Assembly (NCBI RefSeq): GCF_009914755.1
Contig: NC_060927.1
Origin: the human T2T-CHM13v2.0 reference genome, Homo sapiens
Reading direction: 5' to 3' (one strand)
Length of the DNA stretch: 64,000 nucleotides
Shown: positions 41,001 to 54,600 of the stretch, piece by piece
Numbering within the stretch: position 1 is the stretch's first letter
Layout of the letters: the number at the start of each line of letters is the position of its first letter
The notes under the pieces: model-generated
Told to the model about the DNA's origin: nothing
Databases searched by the model: none
What the model saw: only the letters and a program-made list of their open reading frames with translations
Translations under genes and position numbers: made by a program

Positions 41001-44000
41001 AAAACTGAGCTTCAAAAGTGCTCTATTGAAAGGAAGCTCCACCTCTGTGAGTTGAAGGTACACATCAAAAAGAAGTTTCTGAGAATTCTTCTGTCTAGTT
41101 GTAAATGAAGAAATCACGTTTCAAACGAAGGCCACAAAGAGGTCCAAATATCCACCTGCAGATTCTGCAAAAAGAGTGTTTCAAAACTGCTCCATCAAGA
41201 GGAATGTTCAACTCTGTGCGTTGAATGCAAATATCACAAGTAAGTTTCTGACAATACTTCTGTGTAGTTTTTATGTGAAGATTTTTCCTTTCCTACTGTA
41301 TGCCTCAAAACGCTCTAAAGATACACTTGCAAATTCCACAAAAAGAGTGTTTCCAAACTGCTCTATCAAAGGAAGTTTAAACTCTGTCCGCTTAATGCAA
41401 GCATCACAAAACAGCTTCGGAGAATGAATCTGCCTAATTTTTCTGTGAAGATATTTCTTTTTCTGCCATAGACCTCAAACCGCTGTAAAAATCCACTTGG
41501 AAATTCTACAAAAAGAGTATTTCAAAGCTCTTCTATCGAAAGGAAGTTTCAGCTCCATGAGCTAAATGCACATATCACAAATAATTTTCTGAGGATTCTT
41601 CTTTCAAGTTTTATATGAAGAAATCCCGTTTCCAAAGATGGCCTCAGAAAAGTCCCAATATACACTTGCAGATTCTACAAAAAGAGTTTTTCAAAACTGC
41701 TCTATGAAAAGGAAGATTAAACTCTGTGAGTTGAAGGCACACATCACAGAGTAGTTTCTGAGAATCATTCTGTCTAGTTTTTCTATGAAGATATCGCCTT
41801 CTCCACCATAGTCCTCAAGCGGCGCTAAATATCCACTTGGAAATTCTACAAAAAGAGAGTTACAAGACTGCTCTATCGAAAGGAAGCTTCAACTCTGCGA
41901 GTTGAAAGCACACATCACGAAGAAGTTTATGAGAATTCTTCTGTCTACTTTTGTATGAAGCAGTCACGTTTCAAACGAAGGCCACAAAGAGGTCCAAATA
42001 TCCACTTGGAGATTCAACAAAAAGAGTTTTTCAAAACTGCTCCATCAAGAGGAATATTCAACTCTGAGAGTTGAAGGCAGGTATCCCAAAGTAGTTCCCG
42101 ACAATGCTTCTGTCTAGATTTTATGTGAAGACATTCCCTTTTGTACCACAGGCCTGAAAGCACTCTAAATACAGAATTGCAAATTCCACAAAAAGAGGGT
42201 TTAAAACCACTCTATCCAAAGAAAGGTTAAACTCTGTCAGCTGAATGCGCACATCACAGAGTAGCTTCAGAGAACAATTATGTCTAGTTTTTCCGTGAAG
42301 ATAGTTTCTCTTCCACATAGGCCTGAGACCGCTCTAAATATTCACTTGGAAATTCTGCAAAAAGAATATTTCAACACTCTTCTATCAAAAGGAAGGTTGA
42401 ACTCTGAGAGTTAAACGCACACATCACAGAGAAGTTTCTGAGAATTCTTCTGTCAAGGTTTATATGAAGAAACCCCGTTTCCAATGAAGGCCTCAAAAAA
42501 GTCCAAAAATTTACTTGCAGATTCCACAAAAAGAGTGTTTCATAACTGGTCTATCAAAAGAAAGGTTAAACTCAGTGAGTTGAACCCACACATCACAATG
42601 TACCTTCTGAGAATCATTGTGTCTAGTTCTCCTACGAAGATATTGCCTTTTCTACCATAGGCCTCAAACGGCGCTAAATATCCACCTGGAAATTCTACCA
42701 AAACTGAGCTTCAAAAGTGCTCTATTGAAAGGAAGCTTCACCTCTGTGAGTTGAAGGTACACATCACAAAGAAGTTTCTGAGAATTCTTCTGTCTAGTTG
42801 TAAATGAAGAAATCACGTTTCAAACGAAGGCCACAAAGAGGTCCAAATATCCACCTGCAGATTCTGCAAAAAGAGTGTTTCAAAACTGCTCCATCAAGAG
42901 GAATGTTCAACTCTGTGCGTTGAATGCAAATATCACAAGTAAGTTTCTGACAATACTTCTGTGTAGTTTTTATGTGAAGATATTTCCTTTCCTACTGTAG
43001 GCCTCAAAACGCTCTAAATATACACTTGCAAATTCCACAAAAAGAGTGTTTCCAAACTGCTCTATCAAAGGAAGTTTAAACTCTGTCCGCTTAATGCAAG
43101 CATCACAAAACAGCTTCGGAGAATGTATCTGCCTAGTTTTTCTGTGAAGATATTTCTTTTTCTGCCATAGACCTCAAACCGCTGTAAAAATCCACTTGGA
43201 AATTCTACAAAAAGGGTATTTCAAAGCTCTTCTATCGAAAGGAAGTTTCAGCTCCATGAGTTAAATGCACATATCACAAATAATTTTCTGAGGATTCTTC
43301 TTTCAAGTTTTATATGAAGAAATCCCGTTTCCAAAGTTGGCCTCAGAAAAGTCCCAATATACACTTGCAGATTCTACAAAAAGAGTTTTTTAAAACTGCT
43401 CTATCAAAAGGAAGGTTAAACTCTGTGAGTTGAAGGCACACATCACTGAGTAGTTTCTGAGAATCATTCTGTCTAGTTTTTCTATGAAGATATCGCCTTC
43501 TCCACCATAGGCCTCAAGCGGCGCTAAATATCCACTTGGAAATTCTACAAAAAGAGAGTTACAAGACTGCTCTATCGAAAGGAAGCTTCAACTCTGCGAG
43601 TTGAAAGCACACATCACGAAGAACTTTATGAGAATTCTTCTGTCTACTTTTGTATGAAGCAGTCACGTTTCAAACGAAGGCCACAAAGAGGTCTAAATAT
43701 CCACTTGCAGATTCAACAAAAAGAGTTTTACAAAACTGCTCCATCAAGAGGAATATTCAACTCTGAGAGTTGAAGGCAGGTATCCCAAAGTAGTTCCCGA
43801 CAATGCTTCTGTCTAGATTTTATGTGAAGACATTCCCTTTTGTACCAGAGGTCTGAAAGCACTCTAAATACAGAATTGCAAATTCCACAAAAAGAGGGTT
43901 TAAAACCGCTCTATCCAAAGAAAGGTTAAACTCTGTCAGCTGAATGCGCACATCACAGAGTAGCTTCAGAGAACAATTATGTCTAGTTTTTCCGTGAAGA

Positions 44001-47000
44001 TAGATTCTCTTCCACATAGGCCTGAGACCGCTCTAAATATTCACTTGGAAATTCTGCAAAAAGAATATTTCAACACTCTTCTATCAAAAGGAAGGTTGAA
44101 CTCTGAGAGTTAAACGCACACATCACAGAGAAGTTTCTGAGAATTCTTCTGTCAAGGTTTATATGAAGAAACCCCGTTTCCAATGAAGGCCTCAAAAAAG
44201 TACAAAAATTTGCTTGCAGATTCCACAAAAAGAGTGTTTCATAACTGGTCTATCAAAAGAAAGGTGAAACTCAGTGAGTTGAACCCACACATCACAAAGT
44301 AGCTTCTGAGAATCATTGTGTCTAGTTCTCCTACGAAGATATTGCCTTTTCTACCATAGGCCTCAAACGGCGCTAAATATCCACCTGGAAATTCTACCAA
44401 AACTGAGTTTCAAAAGTGCTCTATTGAAAGGAAGCTTCACCTCTGTGAGTTGAAGGTACACATCACAAAGAAGTTTCTGAGAATTCTTCTGTCTAGTTGT
44501 AAATGAAGAAATCACGTTTCAAACGAAGGCCACAAAGAGGTCCAAATATCCACCTGCAGATTCTGCAAAAAGAGTGTTTCAAAACTGCTCCATCAAGAGG
44601 AATGTTCAACTCTGTGCGTTGAATGCAAATATCACAAGTAAGTTTCTGACAATACTTCTGTGTAGTTTTTATGTGAAGATATTTCCTTTCCTACTGTAGG
44701 CCGCAAAACGCTCTAAATATACACTTGCAAATTCCACAAAAAGAGTGTTTCCAAACTGCTCTATCAAAGGAAGTTTAAACTCTGTCCGCTTAATGCAAGC
44801 ATCACAAAACAGCTTCGGAGAATGAATCTGCCTAGTTTTTCTGTGAAGATATTTCTTTTTCTGCCATAGACCTCAAACCGCTGTAAAAATCCACTTGGAA
44901 ATTCTACAAAAAGAGTATTTCAAAGCTCTTCTATCGAAAGGAAGTTTCAGCTCCATGAGCGAAATGCACATATCACAAATAATTTTCTGAGGATTCTTCT
45001 TTCAAGTTTTATATGAAGAAATCCCGTTTCGAAAGTTGGCCTCAGAAAAGTCCCAATATACACTTGCAGATTCTACAAAAAGAGTTTTTCAAAACTGCTC
45101 TATCAAAAGGAAGGTTAAACTCTGTGAGTTGAAGGCACACATCACAGAGTAGTTTCTGAGAATCATTCTGTCTAGTTTTTCTATGAAGATATCGCCTTCT
45201 CCACCATAGGCCTCAAGCGGCGCTAAATATCCACTTGGAAATTCTACAAAAAGAGAGTTACAAGACTGCTCTATCGAAAGGAAGCTTCAACTCTGCGAGT
45301 TGAAAGCACACATCACGAAGAAGTTTATGAGAATTCTTCTGTCTACTTTTGTATGAAGCAGTCACGTTTCAAACGAAGGCCACAAAGAGGTCCAAATATC
45401 CACTTGGAGATTCAACAAAAAGAGTTTTTCAAAACTGCTCCATCAAGAGGAATATTCAACTCTGAGAGTTGAAGGCAGGTATCCCAAAGTAGTTCCCGAC
45501 AATGCTTCTGTCTAGATTTTATGTGAAGACATTCCCTTTTGTACCACAGGCCTGAAAGCACTCTAAATACAGAATTGCAAATTCCACAAAAAGAGGGTTT
45601 AAAACCACTCTATCCAAAGAAAGGTTAAACTCTGTCAGCTGAATGCGCACATCACAGAGTAGCTTCAGAGAACAATTATGTCTAGTTTTTCCGTGAAGAT
45701 AGTTTCTCTTCCACATAGGCCTGAGACCGCTCTAAATATTCACTTGGAAATTCTGCAAAAAGAATATTTCAACACTCTTCTATCAAAAGGAAGGTTGAAC
45801 TCTGAGAGTTAAACGCACACATCACAGAGAAGTTTCTGAGAATTCTTCTGTCAAGGTTTATATGAAGAAACCCCGTTTCCAATGAAGGCCTCAAAAAAGT
45901 CCAAAAATTTACTTGCAGATTCCACAAAAAGAGTGTTTCATAACTGGTCTATCAAAAGAAAGGTTAAACTCAGTGAGTTGAACCCACACATCACAATGTA
46001 CCTTCTGAGAATCATTGTGTCTAGTTCTCCTACGAAGATATTGCCTTTTCTACCATAGGCCTCAAACGGCGCTAAATATCCACCTGGAAATTCTACCAAA
46101 ACTGAGCTTCAAAAGTGCTCTATTGAAAGGAAGCTTCACCTCTGTGAGTTGAAGGTACACATCACAAAGAAGTTTCTGAGAATTCTTCTGTCTAGTTGTA
46201 AATGAAGAAATCACGTTTCAAACGAAGGCCACAAAGAGGTCCAAATATCCACCTGCAGATTCTGCAAAAAGAGTGTTTCAAAACTGCTCCATCAAGAGGA
46301 AAGTTCAACTCTGTGCGTTGAATGCAAATATCACAAGTAAGTTTCTGACAATACTTCTGTGTAGTTTTTATGTGAAGATATTTCCTTTCCTACTGTAGGC
46401 CTCAAAACGCTCTAAATATACACTTGCAAATTCCACAAAAAGAGTGTTTCCAAACTGCTCTATCAAAGGAAGTTTAAACTCTGTCCGCTTAATGCAAGCA
46501 TCACAAAACAGCTTCGGAGAATGTATCTGCCTAGTTTTTCTGTGAAGATATTTCTTTTTCTGCCATAGACCTCAAACCGCTGTAAAAATCCACTTGGAAA
46601 TTCTACAAAAAGGGTATTTCAAAGCTCTTCTATCGAAAGGAAGTTTCAGCTCCATGAGTTAAATGCACATATCACAAATAATTTTCTGAGGATTCTTCTT
46701 TCAAGTTTTATATGAAGAAATCCCGTTTCCAAAGTTGGCCTCAGAAAAGTCCCAATATACACTTGCAGATTCTACAAAAAGAGTTTTTTAAAACTGCTCT
46801 ATCAAAAGGAAGGTTAAACTCTGTGAGTTGAAGGCACACATCACTGAGTAGTTTCTGAGAATCATTCTGTCTAGTTTTTCTATGAAGATATCGCCTTCTC
46901 CACCATAGGCCTCAAGCGGCGCTAAATATCCACTTGGAAATTCTACAAAAAGAGAGTTACAAGACTGCTCTATCGAAAGGAAGCTTCAACTCTGCGAGTT

Positions 47001-48690
47001 GAAAGCACACATCACGAAGAACTTTATGAGAATTCTTCTGTCTACTTTTGTATGAAGCAGTCACGTTTCAAACGAAGGCCACAAAGAGGTCTAAATATCC
47101 ACTTGCAGATTCAACAAAAAGAGTTTTACAAAACTGCTCTATCAAGAGGAATATTCAACTCTGAGAGTTGAAGGCAGGTATCCCAAAGTAGTTCCCGACA
47201 ATGCTTCTGTCTAGATTTTATGTGAAGACATTCCCTTTTGTACCAGAGGTCTGAAAGCACTCTAAATACAGAATTGCAAATTCCACAAAAAGAGGGTTTA
47301 AAACCGCTCTATCCAAAGAAAGGTTAAACTCTGTCAGCTGAATGCGCACATCACAGAGTAGCTTCAGAGAACAATTATGTCTAGTTTTTCCGTGAAGATA
47401 GTTTCTCTTCCACATAGGCCTGAGACCGCTCTAAATATTCACTTGGAAATTCTGCAAAAAGAATATTTCAACACTCTTCTATCAAAAGGAAGGTTGAACT
47501 CTGAGAGTTAAACGCACACATCACAGAGAAGTTTCTGAGAATTCTTCTGTCAAGGTTTATATGAAGAAACCCCGTTTCCAATGAAGGCCTCAAAAAAGTA
47601 CAAAAATTTACTTGCAGATTCCACAAAAAGAGTGTTTCATAACTGGTCTATCAAAAGAAAGGTGAAACTCAGTGAGTTGAACCCACACATCACAAAGTAG
47701 CTTCTGAGAATCATTGTGTCTAGTTCTCCTACGAAGATATTGCCTTTTCTACCATAGGCCTCAAACGGCGCTAAATATCCACCTGGAAATTCTACCAAAA
47801 CTGAGGTTCAAAAGTGCTCTATTGAAAGGAAGCTTCACCTCTGTGAGTTGAAGGTACACATCACAAAGAAGTTTCTGAGAATTCTTCTGTCTAGTTGTAA
47901 ATGAAGAAATCACGTTTCAAACGAAGGCCACAAAGAGGTCCAAATATCCACCTGCAGATTCTGCAAAAAGAGTGTTTCAAAACTGCTCCATCAAGAGGAA
48001 TGTTCAACTCTGTGCGTTGAATGCAAATATCACAAGTAAGTTTCTGACAATACTTCTGTGTAGTTTTTATGTGAAGATATTTCCTTTCCTACTGTAGGCC
48101 TCAAAACGCTCTAAATATACACTTGCAAATTCCACAAAAAGAGTGTTTCCAAACTGCTCTATCAAAGGAAGTTTAAACTCTGTCCGCTTAATGCAAGCAT
48201 CACAAAACAGCTTCGGAGAATGAATCTGCCTAGTTTTTCTGTGAAGATATTTCTTTTTCTGCCATAGACCTCAAACCGCTGTAAAAATCCACTTGGAAAT
48301 TCTACAAAAAGAGTATTTCAAAGCTCTTCTATCGAAAGGAAGTTTCAGCTCCATGAGCGAAATGCACATATCACAAATAATTTTCTGAGGATTCTTCTTT
48401 CAAGTTTTATATGAAGAAATCCCGTTTCGAAAGTTGGCCTCAGAAAAGTCCCAATATACACTTGCAGATTCTACAAAAAGAGTTTTTCAAAACTGCTCTA
48501 TCAAAAGGAAGGTTAAACTCTGTGAGTTGAAGGCACACATCACAGAGTAGTTTCTGAGAATCATTCTGTCTAGTTTTTCTATGAAGATATCGCCTTCTCC
48601 ACCATAGGCCTCAAGCGGCGCTAAATATCCACTTGGAAATTCTACAAAAAGAGAGTTACAAGACTGCTCTATCGAAAGGAAGCTTCAACT
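9730..48690 (-). repeat. Central homogeneous HOR haplotype block containing several local multi-HOR duplications
   Basis: Shared derived markers are M2 CTCAAGCGG, M4 TACAGAATT (almost all copies) and GAGGGTTT, M6 CAAAAATTT, and M8 GATTCTGCAAAA. Confidence 0.85.
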
Positions 48691-51600
48691 CTGCGAGGTG
48701 AAAGCACACATCACGAAGAAGTTTATGAGAATTCTTCTGTCTACTTTTGTATGAAGCAGTCACGTTTCAAACGAAGGCCACAAAGACGTCCAAATATCCA
48801 CTTGGAGATTCAACAAAAAGAGTTTTACAAAACTGCTCCATCAAGAGGAATATTCAACTCTGAGAGTTGAAGGCAGGTATCACAAAGTAGTTTCCGACAA
48901 TGCTTCTATCAAGATTTTATGTGAAGACATTCCCTTTTGTACCACAGGCCTGAAAGCACTCTAAAGATAGAATAGCAAATTCCACAAAAAGAGGGTTTAA
49001 AACCGCTCTATCCAACGAAAGGTTAAACTCTGTCAGCTGAATGCGCACATCTCAGAGTAGCTTCAGAGAACAATTATGTCTAGTCTTTCTGGGAAGATAT
49101 TTTCTCTTCTACATAGGCCTGAAACCGCTCTAAATATTCACTTGGAAATTCTACAAAAAGAATGCTTCAACACTCTTCCATCAAAAGGAAGGTTGAACTC
49201 TGAGAGTTAAACGCACACATCACAGAGAAGTTTCTGAGAATTCTTCTGTCAAGGTTTATATGAAGAAACCCCGTTTCCAATGAAGGCCTCAAAAAAGTCC
49301 AAAGATTTACTTGCAGATTCTACAAAAAGAGTGTTTCATAAACTGGTCTATCAAAAGAAAGGTTAAACTCAGTGAGTTGAACCCACACATCACAAAGTAG
49401 CTTCTGAGAATCATTCTGTCTAGTCCTCCTATGAAGATATTGCCTTTTCTACCATAGGCCTCAAACGGCGCTAAATATCCACCTGGAAATTCTACAAAAA
49501 CTGAGTTTCTAAGGTGCTCTATTGAAAGGAAGCTTCAACTCTGTGAGTTGAAGGTACACATCACAAAGAAGTTTCTGAGAATTCTTCTGTCTAGTTGTAA
49601 ATGAAGAAATCACGTTTCAAACGAAGGCCACAAAGAGGTCCAAATATCCACCTGCAGATTCTACAAAAAGAGTGTTTCCAAACTGCTCCATCAAGAGGAT
49701 TGTTCAACTCGGTGCGTTGAATGCAAATATCACAAATAAGTTTCTGACAATACTTCTGTCTAGTTTTTATGTGAAGATATTTCCTTTCCTACTGTAGGCC
49801 TCAAAACGCTCTAAATAAACACTTGCAAACTCCACAAAAAGAGTGTTTCCAAACTGCTCTATCAAAGGAAGTTTAAACTCTGTCAGCTGAATGCAAGCAT
49901 CACAAAACAGCTTCGGAGAATGAATCTGCCTAGTTTTTCTGTGAAGATATTTCTTTTTCTGCCATAGACCTCAAACCGCTGTAAAAATCCACTTGGAAAT
50001 TCTACAAAAAGAGGATGTCAAAACTCTTCTATCGAAAGGAAGTTTCAACTCCATGAGTTAAATGCAGATATCACAAATAATTTTCTGAGGATTCTTCTTT
50101 CAAGTTTTATATGAAGAAATCCCGTTTCCAAACATGGCCTCAGAAAAGCCCCACTATACACTTGCAGATTCTACAGAAAGAGTTTTTCAAAACTGCTCTA
50201 TCAAAAGGAAGGTTAAACTCTGTGAGTTGAAGGCACACATCACAAATTAGTTTCTGAGAATCATTCTGTCTAGTTTCTCTATGAAGATATTGCCTTTTCC
50301 ACCATAGGCCTCAAACGGCGCTAAATATCCACTTGGAAATTCTACAAAAAGAGGGTTACAAAACTGCTCTATCGAAAGGAAGCTTCAACTCTGCGAGTTG
50401 AAAGCACACATCACGAAGAAGTTTATGAGAATTCTTCTGTCTACTTTTGTATGAAGCAGTCACATTTCAAACGAAGGCCACAAAGAGGTCCAAATATCCA
50501 CTTGGAGATTCAACAAAAAGAGTTTTTCAAAACTGCTCCATCAAGAGGAATATTCAACTCTGAGAGTTGAAGGCAGGTATCACAAAGTAGTTTCCGACAA
50601 TGCTTCTGTCTAGATTTTATGTGAAGACATTCCCTTTTGTACCAGAGGCCTGAAAGCACTCTAAAGATAGAATAGCAAATTCCACAAAAAGAGGGTTTAA
50701 AACCGCTCTATCCAACGAAAGGTTAAACTCTGTCAGCTGAATGCGCACATCACAGAGTAGCTTCAGAGAACAATTATGTCTAGTCTTTCTGGGAAGATAT
50801 TTTCTCTTCTACATAGGCCTGAAACCGCTCTAAATACTCACTTGGAAATTCTACAAAAAGAATACTTCAACACTCTTCCATCAAAAGGAAGGTTGAACTC
50901 TGAGAGTTAAACGCACACATCACAGAGAAGTTTCTGAGAATTCTTCTGTCAAGGTTTATATGAAGAAACCCCGTTTCCAATGAAGGCCTCAAAAAAGTCC
51001 AAAGATTTACTTGCAGATTCTACAAAAAGAGTGTTTCATAAACTGGTCTATCAAAAGAAAGGTTAAACTCAGTGAGTTGAACCCACACATCACAAAGTAG
51101 CTTCTGAGAATCATTCTGTCTAGTCCTCCTACGAAGATATTGCCTTTTCTACCATAGGCCTCAAACGGCGCTAAATATCCACCTGGAAATTCTACAAAAA
51201 CTGAGTTTCTAAGGTGCTCTATTGAAAGGAAGCTTCAACTCTGTGAGTTGAAGGTACACATCACAAAGAAGTTTCTGAGAATTCTTCTGTCTAGTTGTAA
51301 ATGAAGAAATCACGTTTCAAACGAAGGCCACAAAGAGGTCCAAATATCCACCTGCAGATTCTACAAAAAGAGTGTTTCCAAACTGCTCCATCAAGAGGAA
51401 TGTTCAACTCTGTGCGTTGAATGCAAATATCACAAATAAGTTTCTGACAATACTTCTGTCTAGTTTTTATGTGAAGATATTTCCTTTCCTACTGTAGGCC
51501 TCAAAACGCTCTAAATAAACACTTGCAAACTCCACAAAAAGAGTGTTTCCAAACTGCTCTATCAAACGAAGTTTAAACTCTGTCAGCTGAATGCAAGCAT

Positions 51601-54600
51601 CACAAAACAGCTTCGGAGAATGAATCTGCCTTGTTTTTCTGTGAAGATATTTCTTTTTCTGCCATAGACCTCAAACCGCTGTAAAAATCCACTTGGAAAT
51701 TCTACAAAAAGAGGATGTCAAAACTCTTCTATCGAAAGGAAGTTTCAATTCCATGAGTTAAATGCACATATCACAAATAATTTTCTGAGGATTCTTCTTT
51801 CAAGTTTTATATGAAGAAATCCCGTTTCCAAACATGGCCTCAGAAAAGTCCCAATATACACTTGCAGATTCTACAGAAAGAGTTTTTCAAAACTGCTCTA
51901 TCAACAGAAAGGTTAAACTCTGTGAGTTGAAGGCACACATCACAAAGTAGTTTCTGAGAATCATTCTGTCTAGTTTTTCTATGAAGATATTGCCTTTTCC
52001 ACCATAGGCCTCAAACGGCGCTAAATATCCACTTGGAAATTCTACAAAAATAGGGTTACAAAACTGCTCTATTGAAAGGAAGCTTCAACTCTGCGAGTTG
52101 AAGCACACATCACAAAGAAGTTTATGAGAATTCTTCTGTCTACTTTTGTATGAAGCAGTCACGTTTCAAACGAAGGCCACAAAGACGTCCAAATATCCAC
52201 TTGGAGATTCAACAAAAAGAGTTTTACAAAACTGCTCCATCAAGAGGAATATTCAACTCTGAGAGTTGAAGGCAGGTATCACAAAGTAGTTTCCGACAAT
52301 GCTTCTATCAAGATTTTATGTGAAGACATTCCCTTTTGTACCACAGGCCTGAAAGCACTCTAAAGATAGAATAGCAAATTCCACAAAAAGAGGGTTTAAA
52401 ACCGCTCTATCCAACGAAAGGTTAAACTCTGTCAGCTGAATGCGCACATCTCAGAGTAGCTTCAGAGAACAATTATGTCTAGTCTTTCTGGGAAGATATT
52501 TTCTCTTCTACGTAGGCCTGAAACCGCTCTAAATATTCACTTGGAAATTCTACAAAAAGAATGCTTCAACACTCTTCCATCAAAAGGAAGGTTGAACTCT
52601 GAGAGTTAAACGCACACATCACAGAGAAGTTTCTGAGAATTCTTCTGTCAAGGTTTATATGAAGAAACCCCGTTTCCAATGAAGGCCTCAAAAAAGTCCA
52701 AAGATTTACTTGCAGATTCTACAAAAAGAGTGTTTCATAAACTGGTCTATCAAAAGAAAGGTTAAACTCAGTGAGTTGAACCCACACATCACAAAGTAGC
52801 TTCTGAGAATCATTCTGTCTAGTCCTCCTATGAAGATATTGCCTTTTCTACCATAGGCCTCAAACGGCGCTAAATATCCACCTGGAAATTCTACAAAAAC
52901 TGAGTTTCTAAGGTGCTCTATTGAAAGGAAGCTTCAACTCTGTGAGTTGAAGGTACACATCACAAAGAAGTTTCTGAGAATTCTTCTGTCTAGTTGTAAA
53001 TGAAGAAATCACGTTTCAAACGAAGGCCACAAAGAGGTCCAAATATCCACCTGCAGATTCTACAAAAAGAGTGTTTCCAAACTGCTCCATCAAGAGGATT
53101 GTTCAACTCGGTGCGTTGAATGCAAATATCACAAATAAGTTTCTGACAATACTTCTGTCTAGTTTTTATGTGAAGATATTTCCTTTCCTACTGTAGGCCT
53201 CAAAACGCTCTAAATAAACACTTGCAAACTCCACAAAAAGAGTGTTTCCAAACTGCTCTATCAAAGGAAGTTTAAACTCTGTCAGCTGAATGCAAGCATC
53301 ACAAAACAGCTTCGGAGAATGAATCTGCCTAGTTTTTCTGTGAAGATATTTCTTTTTCTGCCATAGACCTCAAACCGCTGTAAAAATCCACTTGGAAATT
53401 CTACAAAAAGAGGATGTCAAAACTCTTCTATCGAAAGGAAGTTTCAACTCCATGAGTTAAATGCAGATATCACAAATAATTTTCTGAGGATTCTTCTTTC
53501 AAGTTTTATATGAAGAAATCCCGTTTCCAAACATGGCCTCAGAAAAGCCCCACTATACACTTGCAGATTCTACAGAAAGAGTTTTTCAAAACTGCTCTAT
53601 CAAAAGGAAGGTTAAACTCTGTGAGTTGAAGGCACACATCACAAATTAGTTTCTGAGAATCATTCTGTCTAGTTTCTCTATGAAGATATTGCCTTTTCCA
53701 CCATAGGCCTCAAACGGCGCTAAATATCCACTTGGAAATTCTACAAAAAGAGGGTTACAAAACTGCTCTATCGAAAGGAAGCTTCAACTCTGCGAGTTGA
53801 AAGCACACATCACGAAGAAGTTTATGAGAATTCTTCTGTCTACTTTTGTATGAAGCAGTCACATTTCAAACGAAGGCCACAAAGAGGTCCAAATATCCAC
53901 TTGGAGATTCAACAAAAAGAGTTTTTCAAAACTGCTCCATCAAGAGGAATATTCAACTCTGAGAGTTGAAGGCAGGTATCACAAAGTAGTTTCCGACAAT
54001 GCTTCTGTCTAGATTTTATGTGAAGACATTCCCTTTTGTACCAGAGGCCTGAAAGCACTCTAAAGATAGAATAGCAAATTCCACAAAAAGAGGGTTTAAA
54101 ACCGCTCTATCCAACGAAAGGTTAAACTCTGTCAGCTGAATGCGCACATCACAGAGTAGCTTCAGAGAACAATTATGTCTAGTCTTTCTGGGAAGATATT
54201 TTCTCTTCTACATAGGCCTGAAACCGCTCTAAATACTCACTTGGAAATTCTACAAAAAGAATACTTCAACACTCTTCCATCAAAAGGAAGGTTGAACTCT
54301 GAGAGTTAAACGCACACATCACAGAGAAGTTTCTGAGAATTCTTCTGTCAAGGTTTATATGAAGAAACCCCGTTTCCAATGAAGGCCTCAAAAAAGTCCA
54401 AAGATTTACTTGCAGATTCTACAAAAAGAGTGTTTCATAAACTGGTCTATCAAAAGAAAGGTTAAACTCAGTGAGTTGAACCCACACATCACAAAGTAGC
54501 TTCTGAGAATCATTCTGTCTAGTCCTCCTACGAAGATATTGCCTTTTCTACCATAGGCCTCAAACGGCGCTAAATATCCACCTGGAAATTCTACAAAAAC

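Noticed and set aside
45022-45038. TCCCGTTTCGAAAGTTG (also ~48420) as a restored CENP-B box
   Set aside because: CGAA sits at box positions 9-12 instead of 13-16, so the spacing is wrong.
49002-49022. ACCGCTCTATCCAACGAAAGG in right-block M4 as a newly created CENP-B box
   Set aside because: It has CCAACGAA, but the upstream element is ACCG and lies 10 rather than 7 bases away, so it does not fit NCCCGNNTNNNNCGAAN.
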